Source of the DNA: Nitrospinota bacterium
Lineage (GTDB): Bacteria; Nitrospinota; Nitrospinia; Nitrospinales; VA-1
Length of the DNA stretch: 23,677 bases
Direction: 5' to 3'
NCBI GenBank assembly: GCA_038108555.1
Contig: JAYNIA010000043.1
Span: 1-23,677 of the forward strand
Shown here: piece by piece, positions 1 through 8,137 of the stretch
Layout of the letters: every line of letters starts with the position of its first letter
Position numbering within the stretch: the first letter of the stretch is position 1
Program-made: the position numbers and the translations under genes
Notes under the pieces: generated by a model
What the model saw: only the letters and a program-made list of their open reading frames with translations
Databases searched by the model: none
Told to the model about the DNA's origin: nothing

Positions 1-3
1 GGG

Positions 4-636
4 GTGAACTTTTCAAGTGCCGCCCTTGAAGGTGCAACTTTTGAAGAAGCCACTCTTGTTGATTGCAATTTTAAAAACGCCAATCTTACCGGATGTGATT
101 TTTCACAAGCCAAAGTGGAAAACTGTGATTTCCAGGGTTCCAATCTGGGACATTCCAGTTTTTATTCCACGACCATAGATAATTCTAATTTTGCCTTTTC
201 GCGGATGCTCTATGCATTTCTCAAACAGGCAATATTTACTAAATGTAGATTGGGGGGAATAAACGCTCGGGGATCTGACATGAGCTTTTCTAAAATGACG
301 GAAGTGGATTTGAAAGGTTCTGTCCTTAAATACGCTGATCTAAATTCTTGCACTTTTTCGGAGGTAAACCTGGCCAACTCCAATCTAATTGGAGCCGACC
401 TGAAAGACGCGCAATGTGCAGGTATGCAGGGAGAAGAAGCCAATTTGGAAGGTTCTGATCTGACCTATGCAAACTTTGAGGGCGCAAATTTTAAAAATGC
501 ATTCCTCCTCGAGGCCAATTTGCACGGAACCAATTTCACAAAAGCGAATTTGTCAGACGCCTATCTTGTCGATGCAAACCTGGCTAAAGCTATCACTAAA
601 GATGCTAATCTAGAAAATACTATCCTCGCCAGTTAA
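4..636 (+). CDS. Pentapeptide-repeat protein, probably 5'-truncated by the window edge
   Basis: Continuous A[N/D]L/Fxx pentapeptide periodicity (ANLTG, CDFSQ, ADLKD, ANFEG, ANLSD). The frame is open to position 1. The stop overlaps the slyD stop at TTAA 633-636. Confidence 0.9.
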   Translation: MNFSSAALEGATFEEATLVDCNFKNANLTGCDFSQAKVENCDFQGSNLGHSSFYSTTIDNSNFAFSRMLYAFLKQAIFTKCRLGGINARGSDMSFSKMTEVDLKGSVLKYADLNSCTFSEVNLANSNLIGADLKDAQCAGMQGEEANLEGSDLTYANFEGANFKNAFLLEANLHGTNFTKANLSDAYLVDANLAKAITKDANLENTILAS

Positions 637-1118
637 TGGTGATGTGCCCCACCTTCACCGTGGGCATGGCCGTGATTCAATTCCTCTTCCGTAGCATCTC
701 TAACACCGGTAATCTCTACAGAAAAATGCAAGGTTTCTCCGGCTAAAGGGTGATTTCCGTCCACTTGAATCTTATCCCCCACTACTGCTTTGACAGTGAA
801 TACGGTTCGTGTTCCCCCATCCCCCTGACCTTCAAATTGCATTCCCGGTTGGATATCTGCCCCCTGAGGGAAATTGGCACGGTCTACTTCAATCTTAAGT
901 TGAGGATTGAATTCACCATAAGCTTCTGTCGGTGGAACCGTTACATCCTTTTTATCTCCAACACCCAATCCATCAAGTTCTTTTTCCAGACCGGGAATCA
1001 TTTGTCCGAATCCATGCAGATAGGCAAAGGGTTTATCTTTATCAGCCTTGTCTAACTCTGCGCCACTAGAGTTTTTAAGGACATAGCTTAAACTAACTAC
1101 AGAGTTTTTCTTAATCAT
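633..1118 (-). CDS. slyD: FKBP-type peptidyl-prolyl cis-trans isomerase SlyD
   Basis: Motifs YLHG..QMIPGLE, EAYGE, insert-in-flap domain, VDGNHPLAGETLHFSVEI, and a His-rich metal-binding tail (HGHAHGEGGAHHH). Confidence 0.92.
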   Translation of the reverse strand: MIKKNSVVSLSYVLKNSSGAELDKADKDKPFAYLHGFGQMIPGLEKELDGLGVGDKKDVTVPPTEAYGEFNPQLKIEVDRANFPQGADIQPGMQFEGQGDGGTRTVFTVKAVVGDKIQVDGNHPLAGETLHFSVEITGVRDATEEELNHGHAHGEGGAHHH

Positions 1119-1168
1119 GATGATCCTTTCATGAGTCGAAACTTAAAATTTCGTATTTTATTTATCAG

Positions 1169-1675
1169 TTATTGGGAAATTTTAATTACCTTGATCTTAA
1201 AGGTCAAAGCCTTGCCGGCAAGGGGATGGTTCATATCCAAAGTAATAGAATCCGAAGTCACCTCAGTAATAATTGCCCGCATCTGCCTTCCCCCCGGCGC
1301 GCCCATTATAAGTCCCATTCCGACCTTGGGTTCTCTGTCCTTTGGAAGCTCCTTTCTGGAAACTTTCTGAATCAGTTGGGGGTTCAACTCCCCATAAGCT
1401 TCAGCAGGTTGAATGGTAAACTTCTTTTCCTCACCTACTTTCATGCCCTTCACAGCCTTATCAAATCCGGCAATCACACGACCACCACCCACTTCAAATT
1501 CCAAAGGAGTGTCATGATTGCTTGATGCATCAAATACTGTTCCATCATTCAAAGTTCCGGTGTATTCTAGGGTCACCTTATCTCCATTTTTTGCTCCTGC
1601 AGCCTCAAGGTTTGATGCAGATATTCCCAGCGTAGAAATCAAAACTGTGAATATTATTAATTTATTCCATCTCAT
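1169..1675 (-). CDS. FKBP-type PPIase of the SlyD/SlpA type with an N-terminal signal peptide
   Basis: Motifs GDKVTLEYTGTLNDGTVFD, VIAGFDKAV and LDMNHPLAGKALTF. ATG 1675 has an AAGGGG SD and gives a Sec-like signal (MRWNKLIIFTVLISTLGISASNLEA). No His tail. Confidence 0.88.
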   Translation of the reverse strand: MRWNKLIIFTVLISTLGISASNLEAAGAKNGDKVTLEYTGTLNDGTVFDASSNHDTPLEFEVGGGRVIAGFDKAVKGMKVGEEKKFTIQPAEAYGELNPQLIQKVSRKELPKDREPKVGMGLIMGAPGGRQMRAIITEVTSDSITLDMNHPLAGKALTFKIKVIKISQ

Positions 1676-1703
1676 AACAGACCCCTTTCTTGAATTAGGC
1701 TGC

Positions 1704-1738
1704 AAAAAAAAAGGCCATCATTAAAGACAATGATGACC
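1704..1738 (-). terminator. Intrinsic terminator or attenuator between the FGE-domain gene and the FKBP genes
   Basis: The minus strand reads GGTCATCATT-GTCTTT-AATGATGGCC (10-bp stem with one G-U pair) followed by T9. Confidence 0.75.
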
Positions 1739-1812
1739 AGCAATACTTCCATAATCTTTGAACCTTATATTAACTTAATTCCAGGCAAAAGTCGCCCAAT
1801 AAACCTACCCAA

Positions 1813-2682
1813 CTAAAAAGCCAAGTTTTCAACACAACGAAAACCGACATTTTCAAAAAAGTCATTGGGGTTCGCTTCGGTTCTGGCAAAGGAATAACGA
1901 TAGGCTTCCAGAAAATAGTGACCCGCCTTTTGAAAACCATTTCCCCTTAACACTTTAAAAACTTTCCCGTAACGGAATTCTTTCCGGGTATTCCCCGGAT
2001 AAGGAAGGTACCAGTCCAACGTCCATTCCATTACATTGCCCGAAAGTCCCATTACTTTATAAGGACTGGAGTCTTCGGGATAAGAGGTGACGGGCATCGG
2101 TTTTCGGTCTCCCTCAATTCCTACATTTGCTTTTCCCTTGATAAACTCTTTTCCCCATGGAAAGGGAAGGCCGTCAGGGCCTCGAGCCGCTTTTTCCCAC
2201 TGTTCTTCTGTCGGGAGCTGTTTGTCGCTCCACTGGCAATAAGACCAGGCCTCCCACCAGGTCACCTGTGTTACCGGGTGCAACCCCTGCCCTTCAGGAA
2301 AAGTTCCTTCCTCCCAATGGGCCGGCAAATCCGTGAACTGATTTGCGTTTAAAAATCGGCTATATTCTTCATTAGTAACTTCATAACGGTCAATATAATA
2401 TGCATCCAAAAGCAGCTTTCTTTCCGGGTGTTGATCCAGATAAAGAGGTTTTACGGCTCCAATCTTTTTGTGAGTGTTTTCTTCATCGACCTTATTGGTA
2501 CCCATGATAAATTCACCCGCAGGTATAAGAACCATTTCCTTTTGGTCTTTTACGGAAACCTTTGTTGGGGAAAATGAATCTGCTTTCTTATCACAATCGC
2601 AACAACCCCAAAGGAATGACAAACATAGAATGATTGTTGTATAGTTTTTAATTTTAAAGAACCTCCAATATTTTTCACACAA
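1813..2682 (-). CDS. Formylglycine-generating enzyme (SUMF1/PvdO/NirV) fold lipoprotein; start uncertain (TTG 2682 or ATT 2652)
   Basis: Motifs MVLIPAGEFIMG, YYIDRYEVTN, HPVTQVTW, LPTEEQWEKAARG, FPWG, SGNVMEW and NVGFRC. Lipobox-like LWGC follows a hydrophobic stretch. Confidence 0.88.
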   Translation of the reverse strand: MCEKYWRFFKIKNYTTIILCLSFLWGCCDCDKKADSFSPTKVSVKDQKEMVLIPAGEFIMGTNKVDEENTHKKIGAVKPLYLDQHPERKLLLDAYYIDRYEVTNEEYSRFLNANQFTDLPAHWEEGTFPEGQGLHPVTQVTWWEAWSYCQWSDKQLPTEEQWEKAARGPDGLPFPWGKEFIKGKANVGIEGDRKPMPVTSYPEDSSPYKVMGLSGNVMEWTLDWYLPYPGNTRKEFRYGKVFKVLRGNGFQKAGHYFLEAYRYSFARTEANPNDFFENVGFRCVENLAF

Positions 2683-2696
2683 CCGGAAAAACGGTC

Positions 2697-3875
2697 ATGC
2701 TAGCAAAATCCCACTCCATACCGCAACCGATAAGATGGGCAATTCTCATTCTGGGAAGCCTCATTTTACTGACTGGAAATGCGGGAGCATTTGAAAAACC
2801 CGTGGCAAATAAAACATCGGGGGAACCCTATCCCCATATATTTAAAAAAGAAACATTCACTATCAATACCCGCAATATAAAAGTTCTCAAAGCTGATAAA
2901 AATTATCTCTGGATTGGAACAAGCAAAGGCCTGCTCCGCTATGACACCTTGGGAATGGAGGAGATAGAAGTCTACGACAATACAAACAAATTACTCAGTA
3001 ATGGCATTTTCTCAATAACAATTGATAAAAACGGCTTGCCATGGATAGGAACCTATGGTGGGGGACTGAGCCATTTCAATGGAAAAAACTGGAGAAACTT
3101 TAACACCCCCAACGGACTGAATGACGCATTTGTGTATGATGTTAAATTCGACTCTGAAAAAATCTGGGTCGCAACCTGGAGTGGAATCAATCAATCCACT
3201 CTTAATTCCAACCATTCATGGGAAGCATATACGGTAGAAAATACCAAAGGTGGATTGATTGACAACTGGGTCTATGCGGTAGAAGTTGAACCTTCCGGCC
3301 GCTTATGGTTCGGCACGGAATCCGGAATTTCCACTTTTTTCAAAGGCAAATGGAAAAATTTCAATCACACCAACGGCCTCAGCGCACCCTATGAAAAAGT
3401 AAAAGGTGCAAATGCAAACATCATGTCAATGTTTCAAGGACAACACCACGCGACTCAGGCCTCGCCTTCCATTCCCAACATTCAGACTGCAGATTACAAA
3501 CCCGATTACATTGTCTCCATGCACCTCGATAAGAAAAACAGGCTATGGGTTGGGACCTGGGGAGGAGGATTGAGTTTACTCGACACCAAAAACTTCACCT
3601 TCAGAAATTTTACGACTGAAGAAGGATTGCCCGGAAATTTCATCCTTTCAATAGAAGAAGACTTGTCAGGGAATCTTTGGATAGGGACTAATAATGGTCT
3701 GAGTCGTTTCGATGGAAAAGTTTTTCAAAATTTTTCCCGTATCAATGGCCTCAAATCAAAATTCATTTTTAGCCTGGAAGCTGCCAAGGACCACTCATTA
3801 TGGATTGGAGGACAAAATACCCTCACCCGGCTCATCATCGATCCCTCCACCGGCCATCCACTTAACCTGCAATAA
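2697..3875 (+). CDS. Secreted beta-propeller protein (two-component-regulator propeller repeats), stand-alone
   Basis: Signal peptide ending AGA, then repeated D..G.LWIGT..GL..FDG blades with GL..N.V/I linkers. No C-terminal TM helix or kinase domain. Confidence 0.85.
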   Translation: MLAKSHSIPQPIRWAILILGSLILLTGNAGAFEKPVANKTSGEPYPHIFKKETFTINTRNIKVLKADKNYLWIGTSKGLLRYDTLGMEEIEVYDNTNKLLSNGIFSITIDKNGLPWIGTYGGGLSHFNGKNWRNFNTPNGLNDAFVYDVKFDSEKIWVATWSGINQSTLNSNHSWEAYTVENTKGGLIDNWVYAVEVEPSGRLWFGTESGISTFFKGKWKNFNHTNGLSAPYEKVKGANANIMSMFQGQHHATQASPSIPNIQTADYKPDYIVSMHLDKKNRLWVGTWGGGLSLLDTKNFTFRNFTTEEGLPGNFILSIEEDLSGNLWIGTNNGLSRFDGKVFQNFSRINGLKSKFIFSLEAAKDHSLWIGGQNTLTRLIIDPSTGHPLNLQ

Positions 3876-3898
3876 AATTCCAACAATAGAAGAATCTT

Positions 3899-5383
3899 TT
3901 AATCATCGATTTGGGCTTTTTGCAGAGTACCGCTGTAATCCACATATACAGATTTCCATTCCGTAAAAGTTTCCAAGGCAGCCGTACCTGCTTCTCGATG
4001 CCCATTGCCCGTCCCTTTGGTTCCTCCAAAAGGAAGCTGAATTTCAGCTCCAATAGTGGATGAATTCACATAAGTTATTCCGGTATCCAACAATTCTATT
4101 GCCTTAAACGCCCGGTTTACATTTTGCGTGTATATCGCGGAAGACAAACCGTATTTTGAGTCATTAGTTATTTGTATGGCATGGTCCAGGTTTCGACATG
4201 AAATAAGGCTAAGGACCGGACCAAAAATTTCTTCCTGAGCAATTCGCATTTTCGGTGTTACATCTGTAAATAACGTAGGTTGAAAAAAGAAGCCCTTTCC
4301 TTTTCCCGGAACTAATTTACCTCCTGTTAAAAGCTTACCTCCCTCCTCCACACCGAGCTTGCAGTATTCTAGAACCTTTTTCCGCTGGGTTTCGTTGACA
4401 AGTGGACCCATTTCGGTTTTTTCATTGAGCCCATTACCCACGGCTAACTTTTTGATGCGCTTAAGCAGCATACGGGTAAACTTCTCTATAACTTTCTTAT
4501 GAACAATAACCCGGCTGCAGGCCGTGCAACGTTGTCCGGTCGTTCCAAAAGCTCCCCACAAAACCCCTTCTACCGCCAGATCTAAATCCGCATCCTCCAT
4601 CACGATGACGGCATTTTTTCCGCCCATTTCAAGAGAGTATTGTTTCATTTTACCGGCACAATGCGAAGCTACTACGCTACCTGTTTCCGTAGAACCTGTA
4701 AACGAAACCAGATTCACGTTTGGATGATCCATAAGAGGAGTTCCCACCTCATTTCCGGAACCTGTGACCATATTCAAAACTCCCGGTGGAAGCCCGGCTT
4801 TTTCAAAAATTTTAACAAGGTTATAAACCGAAAGTGGTGTATCACTGGCAGGTTTGATTACTGCAGTATTTCCACATACTAAAGCAGGGATCAACTTCCA
4901 GGATGGGATGGCCATTGGAAAATTCCAGGGAGTAATTGCAGCCACAACACCCACAGGAATGCGGATGGACATATTGAATTTATTGTTTAATTCTGAAGGA
5001 ACGGTTTCCCCCAACATCCGTCGTCCTTCCCCTGCGGTGTAATACGCCATATCTATGGCTTCCTGAACATCGCCACGGGTCTCTTTAATTATTTTCCCCA
5101 TTTCCCGGGTCATATCCCGAGCCAGAGATTCTTTATTTTTTACGAGGAGTTCCCCCACTCTAAATAGAATTTCTCCCCTTTTAGGGGCTGGCATATTTTT
5201 CCATTTTGGCAACGCTGCGCTTGCGGCTTGAACAGCCTCATCAACATCTTTCGCATTGGACAACTGGAATCGGCCAATAATTTCACTGGTGTTGGCGGGG
5301 TTTATATTGTCAAAAGTTTTCCCACTCGAGGATGATTTCCATTTGCCATTAATATAGTTTTTAAAAACAGGAATTTTTGCCAT
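3899..5383 (-). CDS. NAD(P)-dependent aldehyde dehydrogenase, probably alpha-aminoadipate semialdehyde (P6C) dehydrogenase by context
   Basis: Motifs ITPWNFP, KPAS, FTGST, LEMGGKN, GQRCT (catalytic Cys), EEIFGP and PFGG. ATG 5383 has an AAGGTGG SD and lies 16 nt after the upstream dehydrogenase stop. Confidence 0.9.
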   Translation of the reverse strand: MAKIPVFKNYINGKWKSSSSGKTFDNINPANTSEIIGRFQLSNAKDVDEAVQAASAALPKWKNMPAPKRGEILFRVGELLVKNKESLARDMTREMGKIIKETRGDVQEAIDMAYYTAGEGRRMLGETVPSELNNKFNMSIRIPVGVVAAITPWNFPMAIPSWKLIPALVCGNTAVIKPASDTPLSVYNLVKIFEKAGLPPGVLNMVTGSGNEVGTPLMDHPNVNLVSFTGSTETGSVVASHCAGKMKQYSLEMGGKNAVIVMEDADLDLAVEGVLWGAFGTTGQRCTACSRVIVHKKVIEKFTRMLLKRIKKLAVGNGLNEKTEMGPLVNETQRKKVLEYCKLGVEEGGKLLTGGKLVPGKGKGFFFQPTLFTDVTPKMRIAQEEIFGPVLSLISCRNLDHAIQITNDSKYGLSSAIYTQNVNRAFKAIELLDTGITYVNSSTIGAEIQLPFGGTKGTGNGHREAGTAALETFTEWKSVYVDYSGTLQKAQIDD

Positions 5384-5399
5384 ATTCCACCTTCTTTCT

Positions 5400-6464
5400 T
5401 CACTTGAAAAATGAGCCTGTTGGAGTATTAAAAAATGATTCAAGAGGAATATCCTCCTGTTTCAAGAATCCCTGGCTGGCAAGGTCCCCCCTTGCAACCA
5501 TTTCTATAACCGCAGACACAGAACCGGCGGTGGTCCAGGAAATCGAATTCCATTCCTGCCCAGCTATTACTTTGGGAAAATAACTTCTAACAAATTCCTT
5601 TCGCTCCAGTTTGTCTTTTCTCCAACCCTCAATAGCAGCATGGACATAAACCACATCGGCTTTCACAGGAGGTTTGGCATTTACCAATATCTCGCCAGAC
5701 AATTCCCTTTTATCCCTCATATGCAGTTCGTTGAAGAAGAAACGCATGAGTTCACAATGCCCGGGGTAGCGAATGGTTTTGTAATTCAGGGTGGACACTT
5801 TTCCTTCAAAGGTTTCACACATCGTCCCCAGGCCTCCTGAAGTTGTAAATGCCTCCAATTGCACTCCATCAATAACAATGGTTTCAAGGTTTTCCATTGC
5901 GGGAACACGAGCACGGACTCCTTCTTTAATAACATCGCAATCATTCAGGTATTCATTTACAACCCCTTCAGGTGACCAGTTAAAAGCATATCCCAAAAGT
6001 CCCCGAGGATGTTTAGGCAAAGCGCCCACTCGCAATTCTATGCTTCGTAATTTGTCCATTTCACGGGTGAGGTCCGATCCCACAATTCCAATAAATCCAG
6101 GCGCAAGACCACATTGTGGTGCCATAAGGCCTTTTGATGTTTTTGATAGTTCGCGGACACGCTGGGTCGTTGGAACATCTTCTGTCAGGTCAAAATAATG
6201 AATTCCAACCTCGTGAGCCGCCAGGGCAACACCAAGATTCAATTGATAGGGCAGACAACTTACAACCGCATCATGGTTTTCCAATGATTTTTTCAACTGG
6301 TCCTTATCGGAGATATCTGCCTGAATAATTTTTATTGGAATTTCGTTATTGATCTGTTTTGCCAATCCTGTAACGGTGTATCCATTTTCGTGCAGTAGAG
6401 TAGCAACAAGAGCACCCACTTTACCCAGACCAATAACCAAAATTGAGTTTATCTTTTTTCCCAT
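5400..6464 (-). CDS. Saccharopine dehydrogenase family protein, lysine 6-dehydrogenase-like
   Basis: Rossmann motif GLGKVG, plus [37 protein letters not shown] and YKTIRYPGH. About 354 aa. Alternative start at 6473. Confidence 0.85.
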   Translation of the reverse strand: MGKKINSILVIGLGKVGALVATLLHENGYTVTGLAKQINNEIPIKIIQADISDKDQLKKSLENHDAVVSCLPYQLNLGVALAAHEVGIHYFDLTEDVPTTQRVRELSKTSKGLMAPQCGLAPGFIGIVGSDLTREMDKLRSIELRVGALPKHPRGLLGYAFNWSPEGVVNEYLNDCDVIKEGVRARVPAMENLETIVIDGVQLEAFTTSGGLGTMCETFEGKVSTLNYKTIRYPGHCELMRFFFNELHMRDKRELSGEILVNAKPPVKADVVYVHAAIEGWRKDKLERKEFVRSYFPKVIAGQEWNSISWTTAGSVSAVIEMVARGDLASQGFLKQEDIPLESFFNTPTGSFFK

Positions 6465-6587
6465 GGCAATCACCGAAAAATTCTTACTAGTACTATTATA
6501 TTCCCTGTACAGACATTTAGCTATTTCACTTGCGAGTTTTTAATTTGGGATTAAATTAATATAAGAGTCTAAAAATTGAGGATAGAT

Positions 6588-7172
6588 ATGGATGCCAAAA
6601 GTTACATTCGCAGACTTTGCCAAACCTACCTAAAATCAAATAAATCAGCTAGGAAAATAATGGACCATGTCCAACTAGCAGGAATAGGCTGGTTTCAAAT
6701 GATCGATCACGTCACTTTCAGAACTTATAATATCGATAAAAAAGCGGAAGAGATTAAAGGATATGGATATGTATATACAGACTCACTGGAATTTAAAAAC
6801 TGGTGGGGAAAAATTTATTCCTTAAGTGGATTGCCCATGGTTTTTATAGACCAGTCTTACGAGGGAGAAAAAGGGGAAGGAAGCCTGATAAAAGATTGGG
6901 TAGATGAATTTGGTGACAATGATTTTCACCACATAGCATTACGGGTGGAAAGTATAGAAGAATCCGTAGATTTTTTTATCTCAAAACTCAATATTGAGTT
7001 TTCCAGCGACATCAACGGAGAACCTCAGGCCAATCTGAGACAAATTTTTACCAAGCCAGAGATAAAAAACGGGAAGGCTTATTCGGTACTGGAGCTTATT
7101 GAACGAAACAATGGCTATCTGGGACTTTTACCTCCCCAGGCTGACAAGCTAATGGAATCGACTCGGTTGTAA
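6588..7172 (+). CDS. VOC-superfamily Fe(II) dioxygenase-like protein (DUF1338/HglS and HPPD C-terminal domain motifs)
   Basis: Motifs DHVTFRT, FHHIALRVESIEE, LRQIFTKP and ELIER..GY.G....ADKLMEST, giving a His/His/Glu triad. ATG 6588 has a GAGG SD. Confidence 0.7.
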   Translation: MDAKSYIRRLCQTYLKSNKSARKIMDHVQLAGIGWFQMIDHVTFRTYNIDKKAEEIKGYGYVYTDSLEFKNWWGKIYSLSGLPMVFIDQSYEGEKGEGSLIKDWVDEFGDNDFHHIALRVESIEESVDFFISKLNIEFSSDINGEPQANLRQIFTKPEIKNGKAYSVLELIERNNGYLGLLPPQADKLMESTRL

Positions 7173-7191
7173 ATTTTTCCGGCGCTTAGAC

Positions 7192-7476
7192 TTAGAAGTC
7201 TTCATCATCTGGATCGTCATCTTCTAATGCTGCGTCGACTTCTTCCTGCTCGGCTTTATCCATCAAATCTTTAATTTGCTCATATCCCGAAGCCAGCTTC
7301 TGGATATTCATCAGTAAGGTTATGAGTTCTGCATCCTCACATTCACGAATTCCCGCAACCAGAGCTCCGCGTTCATCCTCTTCATATTTAGTATCCCATT
7401 TGTCAAAAGTCGCGAGGATTTTGTCTTTGCAATGAATTAAATCGTAGAAAAAACTTTCAATTTCTATTTTCGGCAT
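7192..7476 (-). CDS. Hypothetical small acidic helical protein
   Basis: 94-aa ATG ORF filling the gap between genes, with a very acidic C-terminus (EDDDPDDEDF). No family recognised. Confidence 0.7.
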   Translation of the reverse strand: MPKIEIESFFYDLIHCKDKILATFDKWDTKYEEDERGALVAGIRECEDAELITLLMNIQKLASGYEQIKDLMDKAEQEEVDAALEDDDPDDEDF

Positions 7477-7630
7477 AATTTTCCAACCCCAAAAAAAACG
7501 AGTTTAACCCGGAAAAAATTAATAAAAAATTTTTGCCCTTACATAGGGCCTAATATTATTATAAAGTACCGTGTCTCCAAATCAGGAGGCCCAAATTATA
7601 CTACATCATTCCAAGTATATTTAAACAATC

Positions 7631-8113
7631 ATGTCAGACGAAGAACGGTTCAGAGATAATGAAGACGGAACCATATCAGACACACGCTACAACCTGATGT
7701 GGACCAAAGAAGACAGCTACCAAATGCGGGATAAATGGTGTTCCTGGAAAGGTGCAAACAATTATATCGCATGGTTGAATGAGCAGAAATACGCAGGGCA
7801 CGAGGACTGGCGTCTTCCAAAAAGTCAGGAATGCAGAAACCTTTATGATCACGACAGCAAAAACTCTGACTTCAATGGTGACATTGTGCACCTGGATTAC
7901 AAATTTCCCGAAGGTTGTGGTTCCAACTACTGGTGCCAGGAAGAAGCTGGGATAAATGCCATGGCCTACAATTTTTACAGCGACCGCGCTTACCAGGTTC
8001 GAAAAAAAGCCAAGGATGAAGACAATATGTGCTGCAGAGCCGTGCGCACTGCCGGCCCCCCGGTCAAAAGAAGTGGTCGACTATCCAATACTGGAAGAAC
8101 CCGAAGAGAATAA
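7631..8113 (+). CDS. DUF1566 (Lcl C-terminal-like) domain protein
   Basis: Motifs RF.DN.DGTISD...NLMW, W..A..Y...LN...YAG..DWRLP and YW, with terminal C.RAVR. No signal peptide. Confidence 0.82.
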   Translation: MSDEERFRDNEDGTISDTRYNLMWTKEDSYQMRDKWCSWKGANNYIAWLNEQKYAGHEDWRLPKSQECRNLYDHDSKNSDFNGDIVHLDYKFPEGCGSNYWCQEEAGINAMAYNFYSDRAYQVRKKAKDEDNMCCRAVRTAGPPVKRSGRLSNTGRTRRE

Positions 8114-8137
8114 TCGTTTCCCATCCCAAGTTAATTT

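Noticed and set aside
4..636. Qnr/MfpA-type quinolone-resistance call, or a DNA repeat array
   Set aside because: The periodicity is generic and at the protein level, the gene is truncated, and no diagnostic features are visible.
1813..2682. True formylglycine-generating enzyme
   Set aside because: The catalytic Cys pair is absent and no sulfatase is nearby. Only the fold is supported.
2697..3875. Hybrid two-component sensor kinase
   Set aside because: Only the propeller is present, with no TM helix, kinase or receiver domain, and no continuation ORF on this strand.
5384..5443. Longer ALDH start overlapping the upstream gene
   Set aside because: ATG 5383 has a good SD, avoids a 44-nt overlap and matches the usual ALDH N-terminus.
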